The notes beneath the pieces were generated by a model. It was not told where the DNA came from, made no database searches, and was given only the letters and a program-made list of their open reading frames with translations. A stretch of 64,000 nucleotides of DNA from an uncultured Clostridia bacterium (GTDB taxonomy: Bacteria; Bacillota; Clostridia; Christensenellales; UBA1242). The first letter of the stretch is position 1; each line of letters opens with the position of its first letter. The translations under genes were made by a program, and so were the position numbers. The stretch is taken from the NCBI GenBank assembly GCA_944384465.1, contig CALWTK010000002.1:28257-92256 (forward strand), given 5' to 3'. Positions 1 to 8,812 of this stretch are shown piece by piece.

Positions 1-820
1 GTCCACTGGATATGATGGTTTTCATGGTTAAACTGATATTTGTCTCGCTTAAGTCTATAATCCCGCGAGTCATTTCAATACCGCCCGACATAATTGCAGA
101 TACGACATCAGTGCTATGTTGCAGATGAAATACACTACATATTGCGGTAGACGCTCTTTCGATGATGTGCAAGTTTTTAAGTATATCTATTACCAAAAAA
201 CTGAATACAATAAACCCACCCACAATCAAAATTGATATAATCGAGTCATACATTGAGTCGTATAGTAGATTTGATGAGTCGTGGCGTGGGATATTTATTT
301 CATCATTTTTATTTATGTTTTTCCCGCGGTAGATCAAGCCGTTCAGTAAACTAGCGATAATATTTGCTATCAAAATAATCAATCCCGCTTTGTATGAGAA
401 AAGGATAGATACTCCTACAGTGCCTACTATAAACATAGGTCCACTGATAGAACAAAACGACATCAATTTTTTTGCATCCTGGGTGTCAATGTGACCTTTA
501 TCATACATAGAACAAATCAATTTCGCTCCCATAGGATATCCGGATATAATCGATAAAAAGAAAATAACTGTACTACCGCTGGGCGTGTGATAAACTTTTT
601 TGAAAAACTTGTCCATCTTATTTTGTTTTATTTCATACAGATTAACAATTAGTCTAGTCATAATAAAAAATGGGAACAAGACAGGCAAAACACTAATACT
701 CCATACAGATATAGCATTCAAACACGACTTTGAATAAACTGCTGGCTGAATAATAAATATAATACATATCAATAATAAGATAAAAATAATTATTTTGTTT
801 GATTTTATTAATTTGTTCAT
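1..820 (-). CDS. ylbJ: YlbJ-like sporulation integral membrane protein; 3' end runs off the window
   Basis: Absent from the ORF track because it leaves the window. My hand translation of the minus strand from the ATG (complement of 818..820) reads MNKLIKSNKIIIFILLLICIIF..LNAISVWSISVLPVLFPFFIMTRLIV..MDKFFKKVYHTPSGSTVIFFLSIISGYPMGAKL.. and stays open to position 1. It is multi-TM, and the VLPxLFPFFI and GYPxGAK motifs are as I recall for YlbJ. No SD precedes the ATG, so the start is uncertain. Confidence 0.6.
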   Translation of the reverse strand, partial: MNKLIKSNKIIIFILLLICIIFIIQPAVYSKSCLNAISVWSISVLPVLFPFFIMTRLIVNLYEIKQNKMDKFFKKVYHTPSGSTVIFFLSIISGYPMGAKLICSMYDKGHIDTQDAKKLMSFCSISGPMFIVGTVGVSILFSYKAGLIILIANIIASLLNGLIYRGKNINKNDEINIPRHDSSNLLYDSMYDSIISILIVGGFIVFSFLVIDILKNLHIIERASTAICSVFHLQHSTDVVSAIMSGGIEMTRGIIDLSETNISLTMKTIISSG

Positions 821-852
821 GTATAATATATATGAATTCAAAAAGGGGATTT

Positions 853-1659
853 ATGAAAAAGTTTGCTTTAGTATTAGGTGGTGGCGCAGCTAAAGGATAT
901 GCGCATATCGGTATTTTGAAAGTGCTAGAAAAAAATGGACTTAAACCTGATTTGATTGTAGGTACTTCAATTGGAGCTTTGGTGGGCGGCATTTATGCGT
1001 CCGGGAAGACCATCGCTGAGTTAGAAGACCTTGCTGCTAAGTTCAACGGAATAGGGACATTCAGTCTATATTCTGCACTCTTCAAAGATAACTTGCTAAA
1101 TGTAGACAAAATCAAAAGGCTCATCAACAAAGCGGTTGGCGACATAACTCATGAACAGGCGCCAATAAAGTTTGTTTCAGTATCTACCGAACTAAATACA
1201 GGGAAAGAAAAATATTTTAGCACTGGACTGTTGCGGGATAGCATTATGGCTAGTATATCAATCCCTGGTGTGTTCCCTAGATTCAAGGTAGGGGAAAATC
1301 TCTATTGTGATGGTGGGCTACTAAATAATTTGCCGGAAGATGTCGCTCGTGAGATGATGCCAGACGCAGTCGTAGTGTCAGTCGATGTCATAGGAGATTA
1401 TGAAAAACAGGTAGAACATTGCAGGTTGAAAACTATTGAAACCATCATAAACGCATCCACCTTGATGACGCAAAATAATGTCAAGCACAAACCACAAATG
1501 GCTGACCTTAGGATAGCCATTTCGCAACCACATATCAGTCAGATGGGCTTTAATGGAAAGAATGCAAAGAAATCTATAAACAAAGGTGTGAATTTTGGGA
1601 AAAGATACATCAGCACCATTAAAAAATTATTAAATGGAGAGAAACATGAAAATAATTAA
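853..1659 (+). CDS. patatin-like phospholipase
   Basis: ORF track 799..1659, trimmed to the ATG at 853 behind AAAAGGGGA. Motifs: GGGAAKG (oxyanion GxGxxG), GTSIG (GxSxG nucleophile), CDGG (catalytic Asp). Confidence 0.85.
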   Translation: MKKFALVLGGGAAKGYAHIGILKVLEKNGLKPDLIVGTSIGALVGGIYASGKTIAELEDLAAKFNGIGTFSLYSALFKDNLLNVDKIKRLINKAVGDITHEQAPIKFVSVSTELNTGKEKYFSTGLLRDSIMASISIPGVFPRFKVGENLYCDGGLLNNLPEDVAREMMPDAVVVSVDVIGDYEKQVEHCRLKTIETIINASTLMTQNNVKHKPQMADLRIAISQPHISQMGFNGKNAKKSINKGVNFGKRYISTIKKLLNGEKHENN

Positions 1660-2620
1660 TGAGATTAAACAACGAGCAAAGAAGATTGCTGCTACCATAA
1701 TTTTGCCTGAAGCAAATATTGACAAAAGAGTGTATGACGCTTGCCTTTATATTTTAGAAAATAAGCTGTCAAAAATTATTGTTTTAGGTAAGACATCCGA
1801 CTTTGACGAGCGTTTCCAGGATAAAAATTGTCAGATTATTGATATAGAAAATTATGCCGAATTAGATAAATTTGCTCAGCAATTATATGAGTTGCGAAAG
1901 AAAAAGGGAATGACCCTTGATGAAGCAAAAGTGAAAGTCAAGAGTCCGGACTATTTTTCGTGCATGATGTTGTACAACAATCTTGCTGACGGAATGGTGG
2001 CGGGGGCTACGTGGACGACAGGGGATACGCTTCGTCCAGCGTTGCAGATCGTCAAGACTAAACCGGATAAGTCCATTGTGACAGGCGTCATGCTGATGGT
2101 GAAAGATAGATGTGCTCCACTTGTATTCGGCGATGTGTCGTTGATCGAAAATCCTAGTGAAGAAAACTTGGCGGATATTGCAATATCTAGTGCTGAGTTC
2201 ATGAAATCAATTTTCGACATTGAACCGAAAGTTGCCATGCTCAGCTATTCGACTAAGGGTAGTGCGAAAAGCGAAATGGTGGACAAGGTAAGAAATGCCA
2301 CAATCATTGCTAATAAAAAATCAAAGTTTTTAATTGATGGCGAGATGCAGGTAGACTCTGCCTTGGACGAAAAGACCGCCAAGAAAAAGGGTATAACAAG
2401 TGCGGTGGGCGGGAACGCCAATGTGCTCATCTTCCCAGACCTTAACGCAGGAAACATTGGATACAAATTGGTCGCTCGATTGGGTGGATATACTGCGGTA
2501 GGTCCTATAATGCTGAATTTCAATAAACCAGTCAACGACCTAAGTCGTGGCTGTACAGTTGATGAAATTGTCAGCACAGTATGTATAACAAAATTGCTGA
2601 CAGATACAAAAAATAAATAA
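1646..2620 (+). CDS. pta: phosphate acetyltransferase (short PTA_PTB-only form)
   Basis: ORF 1634..2620; the ATG at 1646 follows GGAGAG. It lies next to ackA, and the C-terminal NAGNIGYKL and SRG motifs are typical of Pta. Confidence 0.85.
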   Translation: MKIINEIKQRAKKIAATIILPEANIDKRVYDACLYILENKLSKIIVLGKTSDFDERFQDKNCQIIDIENYAELDKFAQQLYELRKKKGMTLDEAKVKVKSPDYFSCMMLYNNLADGMVAGATWTTGDTLRPALQIVKTKPDKSIVTGVMLMVKDRCAPLVFGDVSLIENPSEENLADIAISSAEFMKSIFDIEPKVAMLSYSTKGSAKSEMVDKVRNATIIANKKSKFLIDGEMQVDSALDEKTAKKKGITSAVGGNANVLIFPDLNAGNIGYKLVARLGGYTAVGPIMLNFNKPVNDLSRGCTVDEIVSTVCITKLLTDTKNK

Positions 2621-2673
2621 TATCAGCAAATATATGGAGTAAATCGTGAATTTACTTCATTTTTACGTCAATT

Positions 2674-2714
2674 TTGTGAAATCATTTTGTGATTGATATA
2701 ATTTGTGATATAAT
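2674..2714 (+). promoter_or_regulatory. two tandem sigma-A-type promoters upstream of ackA
   Basis: TTGTGA(2674..2679)-17 nt-TATAAT(2697..2702) and TTGTGA(2687..2692)-16 nt-TATAAT(2709..2714). Both -10 boxes have the TGn extension (TGATATAAT). The two look like a local duplication. Confidence 0.5.
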
Positions 2715-2739
2715 AAAATCAATTTTTTAAGGAGAGACA

Positions 2740-3924
2740 ATGAAAGTTTTAGTTATTAATTCAGGGAGCAGTAGTTTAAAAGCACAGTTGATGGAGACTG
2801 ACAATGGCAAAGTGCTTGCAAAAGCTTATTGTCAACGCATAGGACTAGACAAAGCGTTTATGGATTTCAAAACTGATGAAAAACGTGTCATCAATGCGGA
2901 CATGCCTACGCACAAGGAAGCATTCCAAGTTTTTTTGAACGCCTTGACGGATAAAAAAATTGGCGTTATATCCGACTTAAGTGAGATAAAAGCGATAGGG
3001 CACAGATTAGTAAATTTTGGCGAAAAATACAACAAATCTATTGTAGTCACAAAAGAGATCTACGAAGATTTGAAAAACTATATCCATTTTGCTCCATTAC
3101 ACAACCCTCCAGCAATGTTGGGTATTCAAGTTTGTATGGAATTGATGCCTGGGGTTAAAAATGTTGCCGTTTTTGACACAGCATTTCATTCAACCATGCC
3201 TGAAAAGGCATACATCTATGCAATTCCATACGAGTTCTATACTGAAAACAAAATTCGTAGATATGGTGCACACGGCACTAGCCACAGATATATCGCTAGA
3301 AAATGTGCAGAATTATTTGGCGATCTTAAGGGGAAGAAGATCATTTCATGCCATTTAGGAAGCGGTAGCAGTATATGTGCTATCAAAGACGGGAAATGTG
3401 TCGATACATCTATGGGCTATACGCCACTCGCTGGTGTAGTGATGGGGACTCGTTCGGGCGACCTCGATCCAGCTGTTGTGAAAGAAATAATGGATGTAAA
3501 GGGTATCAGCGTCGATGATACTATCAACTTGCTGAACAAGCAGAGTGGACTTATCGGACTTACCGGCGGATTGAGCGACATGCGTGATATTGACGCCAAT
3601 TTAGACAAACCTAGAATAAAACTGGCATTTGATGTGATGGTGTATTCTATCAAAAAATATATTGGAGCATACGCTGCTGCGATGAACGGAGTGGACTATA
3701 TCATCTTCACTGCTGGGGTTGGTGAGAATGACCATTTAGTTAGAGAAGCAGTTTGTGAAGGGTTGGATTATCTTGGCGTTGATTTTGACAAAAATGTCAA
3801 TGAGTCCGCCCCTAGAGGAACAGTACAGGAATTCACGAAGAAAGGCAGCAAGGTAAAAGTATACCGTATTCCTACTGATGAAGAATATATGATAGCGCTT
3901 GACACTGCAGAATTAGCAAAATAA
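2740..3924 (+). CDS. ackA: acetate kinase
   Basis: Starts MKVLVINSGSSSLK; also has GHRLV, AFDTAFH and RYGAHGTSH motifs. RBS AAGGAGAG. Confidence 0.95.
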   Translation: MKVLVINSGSSSLKAQLMETDNGKVLAKAYCQRIGLDKAFMDFKTDEKRVINADMPTHKEAFQVFLNALTDKKIGVISDLSEIKAIGHRLVNFGEKYNKSIVVTKEIYEDLKNYIHFAPLHNPPAMLGIQVCMELMPGVKNVAVFDTAFHSTMPEKAYIYAIPYEFYTENKIRRYGAHGTSHRYIARKCAELFGDLKGKKIISCHLGSGSSICAIKDGKCVDTSMGYTPLAGVVMGTRSGDLDPAVVKEIMDVKGISVDDTINLLNKQSGLIGLTGGLSDMRDIDANLDKPRIKLAFDVMVYSIKKYIGAYAAAMNGVDYIIFTAGVGENDHLVREAVCEGLDYLGVDFDKNVNESAPRGTVQEFTKKGSKVKVYRIPTDEEYMIALDTAELAK

Positions 3925-3949
3925 AAAAGGCTTACTAAAGCCCTTTTTT
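3923..3949. terminator. bidirectional intrinsic terminator between convergent ackA and the 231-aa gene
   Basis: AAAAAAGGCTT-acta-AAGCCCTTTTTT: a short GC core stem flanked by an A-run and a T-run. Confidence 0.5.
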
Positions 3950-4643
3950 AATTTGATGTCAGTGTATTTGATTGAAAATATTTTTTGCTTAGATATAAAT
4001 AGTGCGTCTTGACTTCTTTTATTGAGTCATATATTTCGCTCAAAATATAGTCACGACTTTTCGTAGATAGCACATTTTTATAAACTGAAATGAGCACACT
4101 ATATGAATACAATATATCATCTAATTTTTTGTTCAGATTCAATATTTCTTTGAAAACTTCATTTGATGTTATTTCGTCATATTTTGCCATTTGTTCGTAA
4201 ATTAAGCCTGCATTTTTCTTTATGTTAGACAGATTTTCAATCAAAAAATTGTAGTTGTTTTGAATAATATTATCTTGATTGCTATTTAGGTCAATTATAG
4301 CGTTCAACATAGCTGCTTTGGCAGTATAAGCTTCTGATTCAGTCTCTAAATTGACAAAATTTTCGTGTATTTTATATATTTTGTTACTTTTATGACCCTT
4401 TTTGATCAACTTTAACACATCAGCGCTCGTCTTGATGTCTTGAGACACGTCTTTAAAGGATGACAATTTCTTTTGTAAACTCTCAGATAATTTATCTAAA
4501 AAAAATTTGTCTTCAGATAATTTTTCATTGATTGAGTCGACTTCACAAAATAGTTTTTTTGTAAAAGCTTCGTTTGATAAATCTAAAAATTTTATATTTT
4601 TAGTTAGTTTTCCTTTCAAATTTTCATCTATAACAATATCCAT
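3948..4643 (-). CDS. hypothetical protein, 231 aa, predicted all-helical, K/N/S-rich
   Basis: Clean ORF with RBS AAGAAGGTG and an upstream TTGACA-17-TAATCT on the minus strand. I recognise no family motif. Confidence 0.55.
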   Translation of the reverse strand: MDIVIDENLKGKLTKNIKFLDLSNEAFTKKLFCEVDSINEKLSEDKFFLDKLSESLQKKLSSFKDVSQDIKTSADVLKLIKKGHKSNKIYKIHENFVNLETESEAYTAKAAMLNAIIDLNSNQDNIIQNNYNFLIENLSNIKKNAGLIYEQMAKYDEITSNEVFKEILNLNKKLDDILYSYSVLISVYKNVLSTKSRDYILSEIYDSIKEVKTHYLYLSKKYFQSNTLTSN

Positions 4644-4723
4644 TATACACCTTCTTTTTATTGAGAGAGATTATCACGTTTATGTTTAATTGTCAAGAGA
4701 GACGATAAAATTTATAAAACCAG

Positions 4724-4752
4724 TTGACATAGTTAATTTATTTTGATATACT
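4724..4752 (+). promoter_or_regulatory. sigma-A promoter of rpmF
   Basis: TTGACA(4724..4729)-17 nt-TATACT(4747..4752), with a TGn extension. Confidence 0.6.
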
Positions 4753-4809
4753 AAAACCATATTTTGTCGAGTGCTCGAATGAGTACGAATATTTTATGGA
4801 GGTAAATAT

Positions 4810-5001
4810 ATGGCTGTTCCAAAGGGAAAAGTGTCAAAGAGCAGACGAGATAAACGTCGTGCCAATTGGAAAGCAACAGTTCCTACATTAGTTGAATGTC
4901 CACATTGTCATGAAAAGAAAGTGGCTCACCAAGTTTGTAAAAATTGCGGATATTATGATGGAGAACAAGTTGTTAATCTTGACAAAAAAGAAGCAAAATA
5001 A
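4810..5001 (+). CDS. rpmF: 50S ribosomal protein L32 (zinc-ribbon form)
   Basis: Starts MAVPKGKVSKSRRDKRRA; CPHC..CKNC zinc ribbon. Confidence 0.95.
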   Translation: MAVPKGKVSKSRRDKRRANWKATVPTLVECPHCHEKKVAHQVCKNCGYYDGEQVVNLDKKEAK

Positions 5002-5021
5002 GGATTTTTCCTTATTTTTTT
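4998..5021 (+). terminator. rpmF intrinsic terminator
   Basis: ATAAGG-attttt-CCTTAT followed by a T-run; overlaps the stop codon. Confidence 0.5.
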
Positions 5022-5097
5022 ATTGTGTTAACAACAAAACATATTTTCGTAAAAAAATTGTTTTCTTATAATTATTTTTATCATGTAGAGGTTGAGT

Positions 5098-6216
5098 ATG
5101 GATGTAATTGAAGCTATTATAGCCAATCAGTCAGATGTCAAAAAGGTGATTTTGAGTGACGCGAAAGGGGATATCAAAAAAATCATAATTAGACCGATTG
5201 AATTGAAAGGTAAATTTATGTGGCAGATTGAAAGATATATTGGCACGCAAGTTTTTCATGAAAATGTAGATAATAAGAGTCTAAAAAGTCTTGATTATAA
5301 AATTTTTAAACAAATTTCAATAGAGATGATAGGGAAAACCATATATTTTACTAAAAAGAATGATACTTATAAGTCAAAAGAAGTAAAAAACAATATTGAA
5401 AAATCAAATATTAGCTTAACTCACAACAAGACGAAATCATATCTTATCAACGAAGGAGACAATGTTCCCGCTCTAGTAGATCTAGGAATATTTACAATGG
5501 ATAAAAAGATAGTCCGTTCGAAATATGATAAATTCAAACAAATCAATAGATTTATAGAGATTGTTGATGATGTGATTCAGCATGAGGGAAAGGAAGATTT
5601 TACTATACTAGATTTCGGGTGTGGCAAGTCATATTTGACATTTTTATTGTACTATTATTTTGTAGAAATAAAGCACAAAAATGTAAAAATTATAGGCTAT
5701 GACCTAAAAGCTGACGTTGTGAAAAATTGCAACGAAATAGCAGAGAAATATGGCTATAAAAATTTGAAATTCTATGTAAGCGATGTGACAAAAGATGAAC
5801 TGTTTTCAGGGAAGATTGATATGATAATCAGTCTGCATGCATGCGATACGGCGACCGATTATGCACTAAATTATGCCATACAACATGATGTAAAATATAT
5901 CTTTTCTGTCCCTTGCTGTCAGCACGAAATCAATTTGAGTATAAAGCATGGTGGGGACTTTGATCTACTTATGAAAGACGGCTTAATCAAAGAGAGATTT
6001 TCTGCTCTTCTCACCGATGCTATTAGAGCGGAGATATTGAGATGTTTGGGCTATAGCGTTGATGTTATAGAATTTGTAGATTTTGCTCATTCGCCTAAAA
6101 ATATCATGATAAGGGCAACATACAAGGGAGGCAAAAAATCTATGCATGACATTGAAAATCTGATTGACAAATATCATTTTAGTCAAACGTTATTTAATCT
6201 CGTCAAAAATAAATAG
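5098..6216 (+). CDS. class I SAM-dependent methyltransferase
   Basis: ORF 5092..6216; ATG 5098 has better GAGG spacing. Motif ILDFGCGKSYLT (SAM motif I) followed by acidic D/E loops. Confidence 0.7.
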   Translation: MDVIEAIIANQSDVKKVILSDAKGDIKKIIIRPIELKGKFMWQIERYIGTQVFHENVDNKSLKSLDYKIFKQISIEMIGKTIYFTKKNDTYKSKEVKNNIEKSNISLTHNKTKSYLINEGDNVPALVDLGIFTMDKKIVRSKYDKFKQINRFIEIVDDVIQHEGKEDFTILDFGCGKSYLTFLLYYYFVEIKHKNVKIIGYDLKADVVKNCNEIAEKYGYKNLKFYVSDVTKDELFSGKIDMIISLHACDTATDYALNYAIQHDVKYIFSVPCCQHEINLSIKHGGDFDLLMKDGLIKERFSALLTDAIRAEILRCLGYSVDVIEFVDFAHSPKNIMIRATYKGGKKSMHDIENLIDKYHFSQTLFNLVKNK

Positions 6217-6317
6217 TTTAGATTAATTTAATATTTGAGAATTTAATTTACATTTATTGAAAAAAAGTATACAATATAATCATAGACAAATTAATTTTGT
6301 TTTTATTAGGAGATTAT

Positions 6318-7322
6318 ATGAAAATAGTTGTTGATGCTTTTGGGGGCGATTTTGCGCCTTTTGAAATAGTTGCAGGTGCAGTGAAAGCTTTGCAACACAA
6401 TAAAGATTTGAACGTTGTTTTGGTGGGGGATAAAGACAAGATTACAGAGATTTTACAAGAACTAGTCTTTGTATCCGACCGCCTTGAAATAGTCCATGCA
6501 CCTGATGTCGTTACCATGGAAGACGTACCCACTGTTGCCATTAGGACTAAAAAGACCTCAAGCATAGTTGTGGCATATGATTATTTGAAAGAAAATGATG
6601 ATGCTGTCGCTTTGGTCAGTGCGGGTAGCACAGGGGCGACTTTAACTGGAGCCGTATTAAAATTAGGTAGAATTCCAAACATAAGCAGGCCCGCTTTGGC
6701 ACCAATATTACCTACGGTCAATGATGGTGGAGTGATGTTGCTAGATTGTGGGGCGAACGCTGACTGCAAACCAGAATATTTGTTGCATTTCGCTATAATG
6801 GGTAGCGAATATATGAAAGCAATCGGTATCAAAAAACCTAGGATAGGGCTCTTAAATATTGGTACAGAAGAAGAAAAGGGAAGTGAATGTGTGAAGCAAG
6901 CACATCAACTTCTGAAGGCATCAAAATTGAACTTTGTTGGCAACATTGAGGCGCGTGATGTCTTGCGTGGGAATGTAGATGTTGTCGTAAGTGATGGGTT
7001 CGCAGGAAATATATGTTTGAAAACGATTGAGGGTACAGCAGAGATTTTGTTCGGCGAACTAAAGGACATCATCAAGTCATCTTTCAAAGCAAAATTAGGT
7101 GCACTGCTATTGAAGAAAAACTTGAAAGCACTAAAACAAAAATATGATTACAAGAAAGTAGGCGGAGCACCATTGCTTGGTGTCAATAAAATCGTGTTGA
7201 AATGTCATGGAAATAGCAAAGCGGATAGCATTGCATCCACTATTGAACAAGCCTATATTTTAGGAAAAAATAAATTGGTAGACAAGGTAAAATCAGCCGT
7301 TGAAAAGAATGAAGAAAAATAG
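6318..7322 (+). CDS. plsX: phosphate acyltransferase PlsX
   Basis: ORF 6297..7322 trimmed to ATG 6318 behind TAGGAG. Motifs MKIVVDAFGGDFAP, GSTGA, HG.S. Confidence 0.9.
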   Translation: MKIVVDAFGGDFAPFEIVAGAVKALQHNKDLNVVLVGDKDKITEILQELVFVSDRLEIVHAPDVVTMEDVPTVAIRTKKTSSIVVAYDYLKENDDAVALVSAGSTGATLTGAVLKLGRIPNISRPALAPILPTVNDGGVMLLDCGANADCKPEYLLHFAIMGSEYMKAIGIKKPRIGLLNIGTEEEKGSECVKQAHQLLKASKLNFVGNIEARDVLRGNVDVVVSDGFAGNICLKTIEGTAEILFGELKDIIKSSFKAKLGALLLKKNLKALKQKYDYKKVGGAPLLGVNKIVLKCHGNSKADSIASTIEQAYILGKNKLVDKVKSAVEKNEEK

Positions 7323-7974
7323 TTTTTTAGATTTATTTGAAAAGTGTAGTGATGATTTAAAAGCATTGGCTTTTACTCATTCTTCATACGCACATGACAA
7401 AAACATTGAGAGCAACGAACGTGTCGAATTTCTTGGAGATAGCGTGTTGTCGACTATTGTCAGTGATTTTTTATACAAACATTATCATCAAAATGAAGGC
7501 AAGATGACAAAAATTCGTGCGAGTTTTGTCTGTACAGAGAGTTTGAGCAATCTCGCTAAAGAATTGAATATTGAAAACAGGATAAAATTAGGGAAAAGTT
7601 TTAGTTCGAAGAAAATATCTAACGCCATTTTGGCGGACACAATAGAGAGCATGATAGGAGTGATGTATCTAACCTTTGGACTGCATTCAATTTCAACTGC
7701 TGTCCTGCAGGCGCTGAAGGTAAAGGACAAGATAAAAGCGGGGCTATATACGACTGATTTCAAATCTGCATTACAGGAACTTATACAAAACACCAAACGT
7801 ACGCTTGAGTATAAGGTAGAAAAATATTTAACAAAAGGCGGACAAGAAAATTTTAGAGCGAACCTTTTTGTTGATAATGAATTCATCTCCTTTGGTCAAG
7901 GGTCAACAAAGAGAGAAGCAGAACAAAATGCCGCAAAACTAGGACTTGAAAAATTAAACAAAGACAATGATTAA
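7309..7974 (+). CDS. rnc: ribonuclease III
   Basis: ERVEFLGDSVL signature and a C-terminal dsRBD (GQGSTKREAEQNAA). Overlaps the plsX stop. Alternative TTG start at 7300. Confidence 0.9.
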   Translation: MKKNSFLDLFEKCSDDLKALAFTHSSYAHDKNIESNERVEFLGDSVLSTIVSDFLYKHYHQNEGKMTKIRASFVCTESLSNLAKELNIENRIKLGKSFSSKKISNAILADTIESMIGVMYLTFGLHSISTAVLQALKVKDKIKAGLYTTDFKSALQELIQNTKRTLEYKVEKYLTKGGQENFRANLFVDNEFISFGQGSTKREAEQNAAKLGLEKLNKDND

Positions 7975-8025
7975 ATCTGTTTAATAAAAAGACAATTCAA
8001 TTCATAAGTTAAATAAGGAGAGAAC

Positions 8026-8556
8026 ATGGACGATAAAGAATTATTCAATCCCGTGCTGGACCAAAATGAAGAGATTTTAAAAATTTATAGACCGAACAAA
8101 TTGCGTGCTTATTTCAATTTAATTATTTTTGTAGTGTTTATTGCTATAATATTCGTACCAATAATGATACTTTCGTATATTCAAGAGCCAGAATCTGCAC
8201 CTACCATGTGGGTGTGTGTAGGGCTGTTTGCATTTATTTTTGTGATATATTTGATTATGATGATTTTGTGGTGCAAGAAGACGGTGTACGCAGTTACGAC
8301 CAAACGTATAATCATCCGCACAGGCTATATTGGAGTCGACTACAAAGCGTTAGATTTCAATACAATAGGGGCAGTGACTGTCAATGTAAACTGGCTAGAC
8401 AAATTGCTTCGCAAAAATACTGGATATATTTCGTTTGGTAGCATGGCTAGCCCAATGATAAATACAGCGAATTATAAATTTTCTTTCTTTTACATCGAAA
8501 AACCATACGAAGTGTACAAGGAAGTGAAAGGAATAATCGATAGTGTAAATAAATAA
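8026..8556 (+). CDS. membrane protein with bacterial PH (YdbS/YdbT-like) domain
   Basis: Two TM helices followed by YAVTTKRIIIRTGYIGVDYKALDFNTI, typical of bPH_2. Confidence 0.7.
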   Translation: MDDKELFNPVLDQNEEILKIYRPNKLRAYFNLIIFVVFIAIIFVPIMILSYIQEPESAPTMWVCVGLFAFIFVIYLIMMILWCKKTVYAVTTKRIIIRTGYIGVDYKALDFNTIGAVTVNVNWLDKLLRKNTGYISFGSMASPMINTANYKFSFFYIEKPYEVYKEVKGIIDSVNK

Positions 8557-8612
8557 TTGATTGACAAAATAATTTACATGTGTTACAATGATATGGAGAG
8601 TAAGGAGTAAGT

Positions 8613-8810
8613 ATGTTATTTGAACCACCTATTGATTTATTAGTTAAAAAAGCAGGTTGTAGATACGCCGTTGCAGTGATCGTCGGTGCAAGGGCTAAAG
8701 ACTTGGCGAATAAAATTCCTACAATTTTGAATGGTAGTGATAATTTGGCTATCGATTATGCTGCTAACGAAGTTGCTAGGGGCGAAGTGATTGGAGTTCA
8801 ATCTAAATAA
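8613..8810 (+). CDS. rpoZ: DNA-directed RNA polymerase subunit omega
   Basis: MLFEPPIDLLVKKAGCRYAVAVIVGARAKDL matches the omega N-terminus; RBS AAGGAG. Confidence 0.85.
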   Translation: MLFEPPIDLLVKKAGCRYAVAVIVGARAKDLANKIPTILNGSDNLAIDYAANEVARGEVIGVQSK

Positions 8811-8812
8811 CA

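Noticed and set aside
821-852. Possible sigma-E-type, leaderless promoter for ylbJ in the 32-bp gap to the patatin gene (TCATAAA..CATATATA on the minus strand)
   Set aside because: The match to my recollection of the sigma-E consensus is partial, the spacing is uncertain, and the region is generic AT-rich DNA. It is not supportable without TSS data.
693-992. 99-aa minus-strand ORF spanning the ylbJ/patatin junction
   Set aside because: It is in a different frame from the ylbJ reading frame, which I could translate continuously. It overlaps the patatin 5' end antisense and has a low-complexity sequence. It is a shadow ORF.
2673-2708. Triple TTTGTGA repeat upstream of ackA, considered as Rex- or CRP-like operator half-sites
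   Set aside because: The repeats are direct, not inverted, and they coincide with -35 positions of two duplicated promoters. The central CG needed for a cre site is absent.
8208-8441. 77-aa alternative-frame ORF inside the PH-domain membrane protein gene. Similar same-strand overlaps occur at 3161..3358, 19987..20169, 35529..35714 and 54820..55005.
   Set aside because: They are embedded in longer ORFs with recognisable domains, and they have no independent start signals.
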